A stretch of DNA of 64,000 nucleotides from an uncultured Gemmatimonadaceae bacterium (GTDB lineage: Bacteria > Gemmatimonadota > Gemmatimonadetes > Gemmatimonadales > Gemmatimonadaceae), in contig CAWJMB010000001.1 in assembly GCA_963843845.1 (NCBI GenBank), positions 130,043 through 194,042 on the forward strand, read 5' to 3'. The position numbers and the translations under genes are program-made. This document shows positions 23,041 to 31,075 of the stretch, one piece after another. The notes below the pieces were generated by a model. It saw nothing but the letters and a program-made list of their open reading frames with translations, was not told the origin of the DNA and ran no database searches. Each line of letters starts with the position of its first letter. The first letter of the stretch is position 1.

Positions 23041-23906
23041 CCAGACGCCGCGACCGCGCGACCCGCGGCGATCGCCTCGCGCAGTCGGTCGAGCACCGGC
23101 TGCACCCCCTGCCGCCGCACGTCTTCGACCGAGACGTCGGCGTAGCGGCGCAGGACGTTGCGCAGGCCGTTCCCCGACGGGAAGCCGTACGTCCACGCCA
23201 CGTCGTCGACCGTGCACGCCGGTTCGCCGAGCGTCTGCGCGGCGAGCAGCAGGCGGCACCACGTCGACAACTCGCGCGGCCCGGGCAGCCCGGCGCGCCG
23301 CGTCCGTTCGAGCAGCGTCTGCCGCGAGACGGTGAGCGCCTTCGCGACGTCGGCGAGCGTCGTCGCCTCGGTGAAGTGCTCGAACGTGTAGCGCACGAAC
23401 CCGGCGAGCGAATCGGGGACGAGCGCCACCACCGACGCGACCAGATGTTCGCTGCCGGCGCGCTGCACGGCGCTCCCCAGGGCATCGCGTAGCGCCTTTC
23501 CCTCGTCGTCGATCCCGGCGATGACGAGCTCGTGAATCCCCGCGGCCGCGAACGCGAGCACGGCCGCCGACATCCCGAGCCGCAGTCGCGTGTAGCCGAG
23601 GACGACGACGTCCGGCGCCGACGCGCGGACATCGCGCACCGCTTCCGCCGTGGCCACGCCGTCCGCATCGCGCGCCTCGACGACGACGACGGCCGGCCGC
23701 CGCGCCGCGACGGCGCTCCGCAGCTCGGCGACGCGGTCGACGCACTGGAGCGTCGTGCCCGCCGGAACACCGTTCCCCATCCCCGGCACGCCGCCGCGGA
23801 CGACGGCCTGCAAGCGCGCTACGTTCTCGCGGTCGCAGACGAGCGCGACCACGCCGGCGCGCGGCGCGTTCACTCGGGCGACAGGGCGAGCGGCGCTGGG
23901 GCTCAC
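23034..23906 (-). CDS. AraC-like HTH regulator with a receiver-like N-terminal domain
   Basis: C-terminal double HTH: TLADVAKALTVSRQTLLER...WCRLLLAAQTL...TVDDVAWTYGFPSGNGLRNVLRRY. Confidence 0.78.
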   Translation of the reverse strand: MSPSAARPVARVNAPRAGVVALVCDRENVARLQAVVRGGVPGMGNGVPAGTTLQCVDRVAELRSAVAARRPAVVVVEARDADGVATAEAVRDVRASAPDVVVLGYTRLRLGMSAAVLAFAAAGIHELVIAGIDDEGKALRDALGSAVQRAGSEHLVASVVALVPDSLAGFVRYTFEHFTEATTLADVAKALTVSRQTLLERTRRAGLPGPRELSTWCRLLLAAQTLGEPACTVDDVAWTYGFPSGNGLRNVLRRYADVSVEDVRRQGVQPVLDRLREAIAAGRAVAASGA

Positions 23907-23948
23907 CGGGGTGATTCTCCGCGTGCAGCGTAGGGAGACGCGACGCGC

Positions 23949-23987
23949 GACAGCGCGTCCCGTCGGAGTGTGTGACAGGTTGTCCCG
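23949..23987. promoter_or_regulatory. Direct repeat GACAG-N3-GTCCCG x2, candidate operator
   Basis: Copies at 23949-23962 and 23974-23987 in the divergent AraC/peptide intergenic region. Confidence 0.4.
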
Positions 23988-24049
23988 GCGTGTAGGCGTC
24001 GTCCCGGTCCGACGTGAGATTCTAGCTCATTCACCTTCTGGAGCCCGTC

Positions 24050-24277
24050 ATGCGTCTCACGTCCGTCCGTTCGCTCCGCCTTGCCGCCATCCTCGTGCCG
24101 ACGACCGTCGTCTCGCTGCTGGCCGGGTGCAGCGACGCCACGGCCCCGACCGAGGTCCGCGCCGCCGACCAGTCGATCAGCCGCGCCCGGCGGAGCGTCA
24201 ACGACGGCGGCCAATGCGAGTACGGGCGCCAGTCCGACGGCTCCTGCCGCAGCGGCGTCACGATGCCGTGGTACTGA
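24050..24277 (+). CDS. 75-aa secreted lipoprotein / peptide precursor with a C-terminal Cys pair
   Basis: GGAG RBS upstream; lipobox LLAG/C27; C-terminus NDGGQCEYGRQSDGSCRSGVTMPWY. Confidence 0.75.
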   Translation: MRLTSVRSLRLAAILVPTTVVSLLAGCSDATAPTEVRAADQSISRARRSVNDGGQCEYGRQSDGSCRSGVTMPWY

Positions 24278-24366
24278 CGGGACGCACGACGACGTGCCCG
24301 CCCCGTCGGGGCCGGGCAGCCACCGCCGCAGAGCTCCTGCGGTCGCGCGCGTCGTGAGTGCGGCGG

Positions 24367-25887
24367 TCATATGGCGGGGATGCCAGTCAGGTACCGATCG
24401 AGCGCCGTGAGCGATTCCATGGAACGCAGAGCCGCCCGCGCGTGCGCCGTGCGACGGGCCACCGTCGATCGGACAGGTGTGCGCGCTGTTCCCACGCTGC
24501 GCCCGCTCGTCGGCAGCGACGCCTGCACACGCAATCGCTCGGCGACGAGCGCGGTGACCCGCTCGGCGCGGAAGGCGAATTCGTGAAATCCTTCCGCACG
24601 CGCGATCACGCCGGCACGGACCGCGTACTCTCCGGCGCGCACGGCGTCGATGTCGAGCAGCCCTTCCGCCACTTCGGTGAGCGTGTGCGTGCTCTCGTAG
24701 GCGCGTCCGGCGCGGGCGATCACACGGTCGATCGTGTGCGTCAACTGACTCACGAGCCGCGTCTCGCGGAGGCGCGCGGCCGCCTGCACCGCCGTGCCGA
24801 GCGCGGCGAGCTGCAGGCGCGGGTTGGCCGTCAGCTCGAGTCCGTGCAGACATGCGCCGATCGCCGCACGGTCGGCACCGCACAGCCGGCCGAGCGCCGC
24901 GAGGTTGATGAGCGCCTCCGCCCGCTCGTCGGGCGCGCTCGGCGCGATGTACTGCACGGCGGCCCAGCCGTGCGTGAGCGCCATGTCGACGTCGTTCGCG
25001 TTGTGCGCGGCGAACAGCAGACCGTGGTGCGCCGCACGCAGCAATTCGGACGAGTCGGCGCGGCGCGCGGCGCGGATGGCGCGCTGCAGGGTGCTGCGCG
25101 CCTCCGGATAGTTGCCGCGCATGCTGTACAGATTGCCGAGGCCCACCAGTGCCCGCGCGGCGACGTCGGGGGCGTGCGCGGTGCGCGCGAGGCGGGCGGC
25201 TCGCTGGTAGAGCGCGTCGGCCGCGGCGAGCTCGTTCAACTGACGGGCGACGCGCCCTTCCTGCGCCAGCAGCAGCCCCTCGGCGTGCGCGTCGAGCGCC
25301 GGAGCGAGCAGCGTGCGCGCGGCGCTGAGCATGACACGCGCGAGCTGGAACGCGCTGATCGTCTCGGCGTCCGCGGCGAGATCCTGGACGGCGGCGAGCG
25401 CGGCGTCGCGAACGTCCGCCGCGAGCGCGGCGTCGCTCCGCAGTGCGTTCGCCAGCGCGTCGAACGCGTCCGCGACGACCGCGACGGTGCGCGCGAGGCG
25501 GGCGTCGCGCGATCCTCCGCTGTCTCCGGGGAACTCGGGCGCGGCTGGCCACTCCGGCGCGAGTCCGCGGAGCCCGGCCGCCGCGCCGGCGAGCAGCGTC
25601 GCCTGCTGCGGACGTTGCGCGCGCGCGGCGCGAGCGAGCGTGTGCGCGACGAGAATCCACGCGTCGTCGGCCACGCAGAGCGGCGCCACGCCGCCCAGGC
25701 GCTCGACGTCCGCGCGGTAGGCGTCGAACGGCGCGAGCGGCGCCGGCACGGCCGGAATGATCAGTCGGGAAGCGCGAGCCGCTCGAGGTATGTCGGATAC
25801 GTCGGACACGTCGGCGATCGGTCGAGTGGACGTCGGGCTGGCGCGGATGGCGTCGCCACGTGTGGTCAGATGCAACTTCTGGCGCAT
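24367..25887 (-). CDS. TPR-like all-helical protein
   Basis: Repeated helix pairs such as ARALVGLGNLYSMRGNYPEARSTLQRAIR and AEALINLAALG; no signal peptide or catalytic motif. Confidence 0.75.
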   Translation of the reverse strand: MRQKLHLTTRGDAIRASPTSTRPIADVSDVSDIPRAARASRLIIPAVPAPLAPFDAYRADVERLGGVAPLCVADDAWILVAHTLARAARAQRPQQATLLAGAAAGLRGLAPEWPAAPEFPGDSGGSRDARLARTVAVVADAFDALANALRSDAALAADVRDAALAAVQDLAADAETISAFQLARVMLSAARTLLAPALDAHAEGLLLAQEGRVARQLNELAAADALYQRAARLARTAHAPDVAARALVGLGNLYSMRGNYPEARSTLQRAIRAARRADSSELLRAAHHGLLFAAHNANDVDMALTHGWAAVQYIAPSAPDERAEALINLAALGRLCGADRAAIGACLHGLELTANPRLQLAALGTAVQAAARLRETRLVSQLTHTIDRVIARAGRAYESTHTLTEVAEGLLDIDAVRAGEYAVRAGVIARAEGFHEFAFRAERVTALVAERLRVQASLPTSGRSVGTARTPVRSTVARRTAHARAALRSMESLTALDRYLTGIPAI

Positions 25888-25934
25888 CTACGTTACAGCG
25901 CCATCGCGGAACTGCCTAGAGGGGGCGCGTCCGC

Positions 25935-27038
25935 GTGACGGCGCCGTACGTGCCCATCCTGCTCGTCGAGCGCGGGCCGCTCCGCGGTCTCGCGGCGACG
26001 CGCGACGAGGTGAAGGCACGGCTGACCCCGCTGTTCGACGTTCGCGCGGAGAGCGCCGGCGAGCGGCTGGACGACGTCGGCCCGCTGACCGCGCGCGTGC
26101 GCGCGCTCGCCGACGCGTGGAGTGGTGAGCACCCGGCGTTCCTCGACTGCCGCACCGGCGCCGGTGACGAACGGTTGCGCGACGGGCGGGTGCATCTCGC
26201 GCACCTGCTCGACGAGGGGCGCCAGCGCGGCTTGCGGCTCGTACCGGTGACCGGGCTGCGGCGGCCGGCGGCGTATCAGCTCGCCGTCGCCGACGCGGCG
26301 CTCACCGATGGACGCGGCGCCTGTCTGCGCGTCGAGCTCGGCGACGTCGAAGCGATCGAGTCGATCGAGGGGCGCGTCGACGCGTTCCTCGAGACCGTCG
26401 CACTCGCGCCCGACGTGATCGATCTCGTCGTCGACCTCGGCGAGATCCCGCACGCGCGGCTGGCGCTGCTGCAAGTCATGGCGCGGGCGGTGCTCGCTCC
26501 GCTCGCCGGGCTCGCGCCGTGGCGCTCGGTCACGCTCGCCGCGGCGGCCGCCGCGCCCCCGGACGTGGACTACGCGCGCGGCGCGGGACGGACGATCGAG
26601 CGCACCGACTGGCTGCTCTGGCGTCTGCTCGCCGCGGACGCGGCACCACGGGGGCTGCGTTTCGGCGACTACGGGCCGTGGCGCCGGCCGATCGCGAGCG
26701 GGAGTGGCGGCCGCTGGCTCTACTACACGCACGACGCGGCATGGCTGCTCGTCGACGCGGCGCCGCCGGCACGGCTCGCGGCGACGGCCGTCCGCGAGGG
26801 GGCGGGCGGCGTCTACCGCGCCCGGCTGTCACGCGCCGACGACGCGCCGCCGCTCGGCGAGCTGTCGCGGCAGCCTGAGTTCCACGGCGTCGCGCATTGC
26901 GCTGGCGATGCCTGCTTCGTCGAGTGTTCGCCGAACGGGCGCACCGACCCGAGCGTGTGGCGGGCCGCCGCGACGACGCACCATCTCACGACCGTCGTCG
27001 AGCAGCTCACCGACGCGCCGCACGGCCTCGCCGACTGA
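25935..27038 (+). CDS. Beta family protein (T4 Beta_protein-like)
   Basis: N-terminal YVPIL, LTPLFD, IDLVVDLG, WRSVTLA, IERTDW.LW, FGDYG, YT...WL and C-terminal W...ATTHHLTTVVEQL match my recollection of the family pattern. Confidence 0.72.
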   Translation: MTAPYVPILLVERGPLRGLAATRDEVKARLTPLFDVRAESAGERLDDVGPLTARVRALADAWSGEHPAFLDCRTGAGDERLRDGRVHLAHLLDEGRQRGLRLVPVTGLRRPAAYQLAVADAALTDGRGACLRVELGDVEAIESIEGRVDAFLETVALAPDVIDLVVDLGEIPHARLALLQVMARAVLAPLAGLAPWRSVTLAAAAAAPPDVDYARGAGRTIERTDWLLWRLLAADAAPRGLRFGDYGPWRRPIASGSGGRWLYYTHDAAWLLVDAAPPARLAATAVREGAGGVYRARLSRADDAPPLGELSRQPEFHGVAHCAGDACFVECSPNGRTDPSVWRAAATTHHLTTVVEQLTDAPHGLAD

Positions 27039-27062
27039 CGCATTCACCGACTCCACCGACTC

Positions 27063-27359
27063 ATGTGTGAACCTGGCTCGCGCTCGCCCTCGTGGATTCC
27101 GAGCGGCCGCACCTACATCGTCCTTCTCGCGGGCGACGGAACGCCGTCGACCGCGCGTCCACGACCCCTGGGCACCGTGGCCGCCGCCGGCGCGGCGGCC
27201 GCCCGCGTCCTCGCTCGCGAGCTGGCGCACACGTTCACCGGGGCGAGCGCCCAGGAGGTGCCGCCGTCGCGGCTGCGTGTGGTCGCCGCGGGGAGCGCGC
27301 CCTGCGACCTGCTGTGGCGAGCGCTCGCGATGGACGGCGCGCGGATGGCGGCGGCCTGA
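27063..27359 (+). CDS. Small hypothetical protein (98 aa)
   Basis: ORF 24 bp downstream of the beta-family gene, same strand; no recognised domain. Confidence 0.5.
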   Translation: MCEPGSRSPSWIPSGRTYIVLLAGDGTPSTARPRPLGTVAAAGAAAARVLARELAHTFTGASAQEVPPSRLRVVAAGSAPCDLLWRALAMDGARMAAA

Positions 27360-27488
27360 GCGCTCCCAGGGGGCTCGAGGCCCCCTATTGCATCGACGCC
27401 TCTCTTGCGGGAAACGGATGCGGGTGAAATGATGCCGCCGTCACAGTCTTCGCGACTCCGTTGCAGCCCCCCCCTGGAGCACACTCCG

Positions 27489-28142
27489 ATGCGTTCGATC
27501 CCTCGCGCCCTCGCCCTCGCCGCCACGCTCGCTGCCACGCTCGGCGCGCCGCTCGCCGCTCCGTTGGGCGCCCAGCTCGTCAACGGCAACTTCGAATCGT
27601 CGACGCCGGTAGCGGGCAGCGTCGACACGTACGGCGCAGGAAGCAGCTTCGGCGGGTGGACGGTCGGTCAGGGTACGATCGATCTCCTCAACGGGTACTG
27701 GCAGGCCGCAGACGGGACGTACTCCGTCGATCTGGACGGTGTCTCGGTCGGGAGCATCTATCAGGACGTCGCGACGACGATCGGCGAGGCATACACGCTC
27801 GGGTTCTCGCTCGCCGGCAATCCCGCTGGTGGTCCCGTGATCAAGACGATGGACGTGCTCTGGGGTGGCTCGGTCGTGGGATCGTACACCTTCGACATCA
27901 CCGGGCGCTCGTTCGCCGCCATGGGGTGGACGCCGTACACCCTCGCCGGCCTCGTGTCGACGACGGCGACGACGCGACTCGAGTTCCGGAGCACGACGGG
28001 CGGCAACTTCTACGGCCCCGCCGTCGACGCGATCACGCTCGCTCCGGCGGTGAGCGCGGTGCCCGAGCCGGCGACGCTGGCGCTCGTCGCGGGCGGGCTC
28101 GCCCTCGTCGGCGGCGTCGCGCGCCGCCGCCGCACGCACTGA
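27489..28142 (+). CDS. PEP-CTERM surface protein, choice-of-anchor C / DUF642-like
   Basis: Signal peptide; LVNGNFE, IDL..GYWQAADG.YSVDLDG, LAGNP; C-terminal VPEPATLALVAGGLALVGGVARRRR. Confidence 0.88.
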   Translation: MRSIPRALALAATLAATLGAPLAAPLGAQLVNGNFESSTPVAGSVDTYGAGSSFGGWTVGQGTIDLLNGYWQAADGTYSVDLDGVSVGSIYQDVATTIGEAYTLGFSLAGNPAGGPVIKTMDVLWGGSVVGSYTFDITGRSFAAMGWTPYTLAGLVSTTATTRLEFRSTTGGNFYGPAVDAITLAPAVSAVPEPATLALVAGGLALVGGVARRRRTH

Positions 28143-28196
28143 CGCCGCACGCACGGACACGGCACGCACGGACACGGCACGCACTGACGCGGCACG
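28132..28196. repeat. Tandem repeat, about 4.3 x 15 bp (GCACGCAC[T/G]GAC-N3)
   Basis: Units start at 28132, 28147, 28162 and 28177; the first spans the PEP-CTERM stop codon. Confidence 0.85.
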
Positions 28197-28386
28197 GCTC
28201 GGCCATCTCGCGCCTCGCCGGCGCGCTCCGGGGGACCCGCACGACTGCGGGTCCCTCGTCTGTCGTCTCGGCGAGACGGTGAGCATCTTTCGCGGCGGCC
28301 GGCGTGTCGAACGTGCCGGCGATCGCGTCACCGGTCCGGTGACTGCGCGCGTCGCGTCGGTCCTCGTCCACGTCAGCATCGTGCGT

Positions 28387-29940
28387 ATGCCAGTCTCTCC
28401 GCGCTCTCGCCGCGCCGCGGCGCTCGCCGCCGGTGCCGCCGCCGTCGTCACGGTCGCCGCCGCGCTCCCCGCCGAGGTGCCTGGCGACCTGCTCGCCCAG
28501 GTGATGACGCTCGTGCGCGACAGGTACGCGGCGTCGGACATCCCCGACGTCTACGAGCGCGCCGCCAAGGGGCTCGTGCGCGAGCTCGGTGATCCGTACA
28601 GCCAGCTGCTCTCGCCGAAGGATCTGGAAGACTTCTCGCGCGCGACGCTCGGCCGCTACGCCGGTGTGGGGATGGAGGTCGTTCCGGTCGGCGACAGCGT
28701 CTTCGTCGGCGAGGTCTTTCCCGGCGGGGCGAGCGCCGGGGCGGGGCTGCATCGCGGTGACCGTCTGCTGCGCATCGACGGCTGGTCGGTCGACCGGCAT
28801 CCGAGCGACAGCGTCGTCGCGCGCCTGCGCGGGCTGCCGAACACGACGGTCGTCGTCGACTTCACGCGGCGGATCGGCGGCGACGCGCAGGCGACGCTGC
28901 GGCGTGGGGTCGTGCGGGTCCCGGCGGTGTCGTATGTCCTCATGCAGCGCGGGATCGGGTACATCTACCTGCCCGGCGTGTCGGCGACGGCGGGGCCGGA
29001 CATGCAGGCGGCGCTCGCTCGGGTCACGACGACTGCCGGCGCCAGGGGGATCGTGATCGACCTGCGCGGCAACGGCGGCGGCGCGGTCGACCAGGCGGTC
29101 ACGGCGGTCAGCGCGCTGCTCCCCGCGAATCAACCGGTGCTCGACATCCGGGAGCGCACCGGGAGCGTCGTGCTCCGCACCGAGGACGCGCCGTCGCGCA
29201 CGCCGCTGCCGGTCGTCGTGCTGCAGGATGGCGGGACGGCGTCGGCCGCGGAGATCATCGGCGGCGCGCTGCAGGACCACGACCGCGCGCTGATCGTCGG
29301 ACTCCCATCGTTCGGCAAGGGGCTCGCGCAGTCGCTCTTCCCGCTCGACGGCGGGTGGGCGTTGAAGCTGACGACCGCCAAGTGGTTCACGCCGAGCGGC
29401 CGATCGATTCACCGCGACCGCACGGCGGGGGATTCGGCGCGGCACGAGGCGGTCGCGTCGGGGACGGCGCCGCGCCGCTTCCAGAGCGTGGGCGGGCGGC
29501 CGCTGGCCGGCGACGGCGGGATCACCCCGGACGTCATCGTGCGCTACGACACGCTCGGCGGCGCGGACCGCACGATGGCGCTGCAGCTGGGCCGCGACGG
29601 TGCAGGGGTGAACCGGGCGCTGCAGCGGGTCGCGCAGCGGCTGTCGCTGACGATCGACACGACGTTCGTGGTGACCGACGCGTGGCGTGAGGCGCTGCGC
29701 CAGGCGCTGCTCCGCGAGCGGGTCCGCGTCGACTCGACCGCGTGGGCGGCGGCGGCGCCGTGGGTCACGCAACTGCTCGAGCAGCGGGTGGCGACATTCG
29801 CGTTCGGGCCGGGGGAGGCACGTCGGCGGGCGCTGGCGCACGACCGACAGTACCTCGTCGCGGACTCGCTGCTGCGGTCGGCGACGTCGGCGCGGGATCT
29901 CGTCTTCCGCGCGGCGAGCGCGAAGCCGGCGGGGAGCTGA
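28387..29940 (+). CDS. S41 C-terminal processing peptidase (CtpA/Prc-like)
   Basis: LGDPYS, PDZ domain (GVGM, GDRLLRIDG), IDLRGNGGG, TASAAEIIGGALQDHDRA, SFGKG, WFTPSGRSI. Confidence 0.92.
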   Translation: MPVSPRSRRAAALAAGAAAVVTVAAALPAEVPGDLLAQVMTLVRDRYAASDIPDVYERAAKGLVRELGDPYSQLLSPKDLEDFSRATLGRYAGVGMEVVPVGDSVFVGEVFPGGASAGAGLHRGDRLLRIDGWSVDRHPSDSVVARLRGLPNTTVVVDFTRRIGGDAQATLRRGVVRVPAVSYVLMQRGIGYIYLPGVSATAGPDMQAALARVTTTAGARGIVIDLRGNGGGAVDQAVTAVSALLPANQPVLDIRERTGSVVLRTEDAPSRTPLPVVVLQDGGTASAAEIIGGALQDHDRALIVGLPSFGKGLAQSLFPLDGGWALKLTTAKWFTPSGRSIHRDRTAGDSARHEAVASGTAPRRFQSVGGRPLAGDGGITPDVIVRYDTLGGADRTMALQLGRDGAGVNRALQRVAQRLSLTIDTTFVVTDAWREALRQALLRERVRVDSTAWAAAAPWVTQLLEQRVATFAFGPGEARRRALAHDRQYLVADSLLRSATSARDLVFRAASAKPAGS

Positions 29941-30158
29941 CCGCCCCGCCGCCTCACCTCGTTCGCCGTGCGTCACACCGTATCACCGCGCGCTGACACT
30001 CCCTCGCTGCATCTATGCGGGTGCGGGCGGCTGATACGTCGGCCGCCGGGGGCACGTTCGGCAGCGGAGGTGCGCGATGGCTCAGGAGTTGCCGATTTCG
30101 CTCCGTCGAGAACGGTCTACGCAGCACTCACTCTGGCACGGGCACGCGCGTGATCAAC

Positions 30159-30762
30159 ATGGCTGATGGGAAGCAGTTCGCAGTGGCGGTCGCAGCAATG
30201 CTCGCCGGCGGCAGCGCACAGGCGCAGAACGTCGTGACCAACGGCAACTTCGAGACGTCGGGGGCATTCGGCACCATCCCCGGATTCAGCGTCTCGGGGT
30301 GCGAGGCCAGCGCCCCGTTCGGGGGTGTCTTCCTCAGCGGCATCCTCGGCCGGCCGGGCGGGGACGAGCGCGGCGGCGTTCACCTCGCGCAACTGCCTGT
30401 CGAGCATCTCGCAGGCGCTTCCCACGGTGGCCGGCCAGCAGTACAGCGTGAGCTTCTTCGCGCGCGTGAACACGACGGTCGCGTCGAACACGCTCCGAGT
30501 CACGTTCGGGGGCATGGAGCTGTTCAACCAGATGCTGACCAGCAACGCGTTCCAGCAGTTCACCGTCCTCGCGACGGCCGCGTCGGCGTCGACGCTGCTC
30601 ACCGTCTCCGGTCGCAACGCGAACAACTCGAACGTCGTCGACGACCTCGCCGTCACGGCCGTCGGCCCGGTCTCCACGGTGCCGGAGCCCGGCACGTGGG
30701 TGCTGCTCGGCACCGGGCTCCTCGGCGTCGCCGGCGTCGCGCGACGGAAGCGCGCGGCGTGA
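30159..30762 (+). CDS. PEP-CTERM surface protein (frameshift near 30350)
   Basis: Signal ...AQAQ then NVVTNGNFE in one frame; C-terminal VPEPGTWVLLGTGLLGVAGVARRKR in another. Confidence 0.8.
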
Positions 30763-30880
30763 GCATCCGCTCTCCACGGCCGACGGGCTCCACGCGCGGC
30801 CCCCGTTGAAGGGGGCAGTCCCTCGTGTTCCGCCTGTCGGAGCGATGTGGTGGAGGAGTGCTGACCGCTGGCCACGTGCG

Positions 30881-30934
30881 TTGAACCAGCGATTGAACCA
30901 GCGATTGAACCAGCGATTGAACCAGCGATTGAAC
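30881..30934. repeat. Perfect tandem repeat, 4.5 x TTGAACCAGCGA
   Basis: Units start at 30881, 30893, 30905 and 30917, followed by TTGAAC; intergenic. Confidence 0.95.
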
Positions 30935-31075
30935 GGCGGTGAGACGGTGTGACGCGCGCCGGACGAGGTGGGGCGGCCGGTGCCGTGCGACCAACGTCGT
31001 TGGTCGATCGCTCGTAGAGGAGACGGTCCCGGCCTCCCGCCCGCCGGGCCGCGTGTCCCACTCCAGGAGCTTCGC

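Noticed and set aside
30134..30150. TGGCAC as a sigma54 promoter (also on the minus strand near 21001)
   Set aside because: No TTGC at the -12 position in either case.
30881..30934. Possible CRISPR array
   Set aside because: 12-bp head-to-tail units with no spacers; no repeat-spacer structure seen anywhere in the window.
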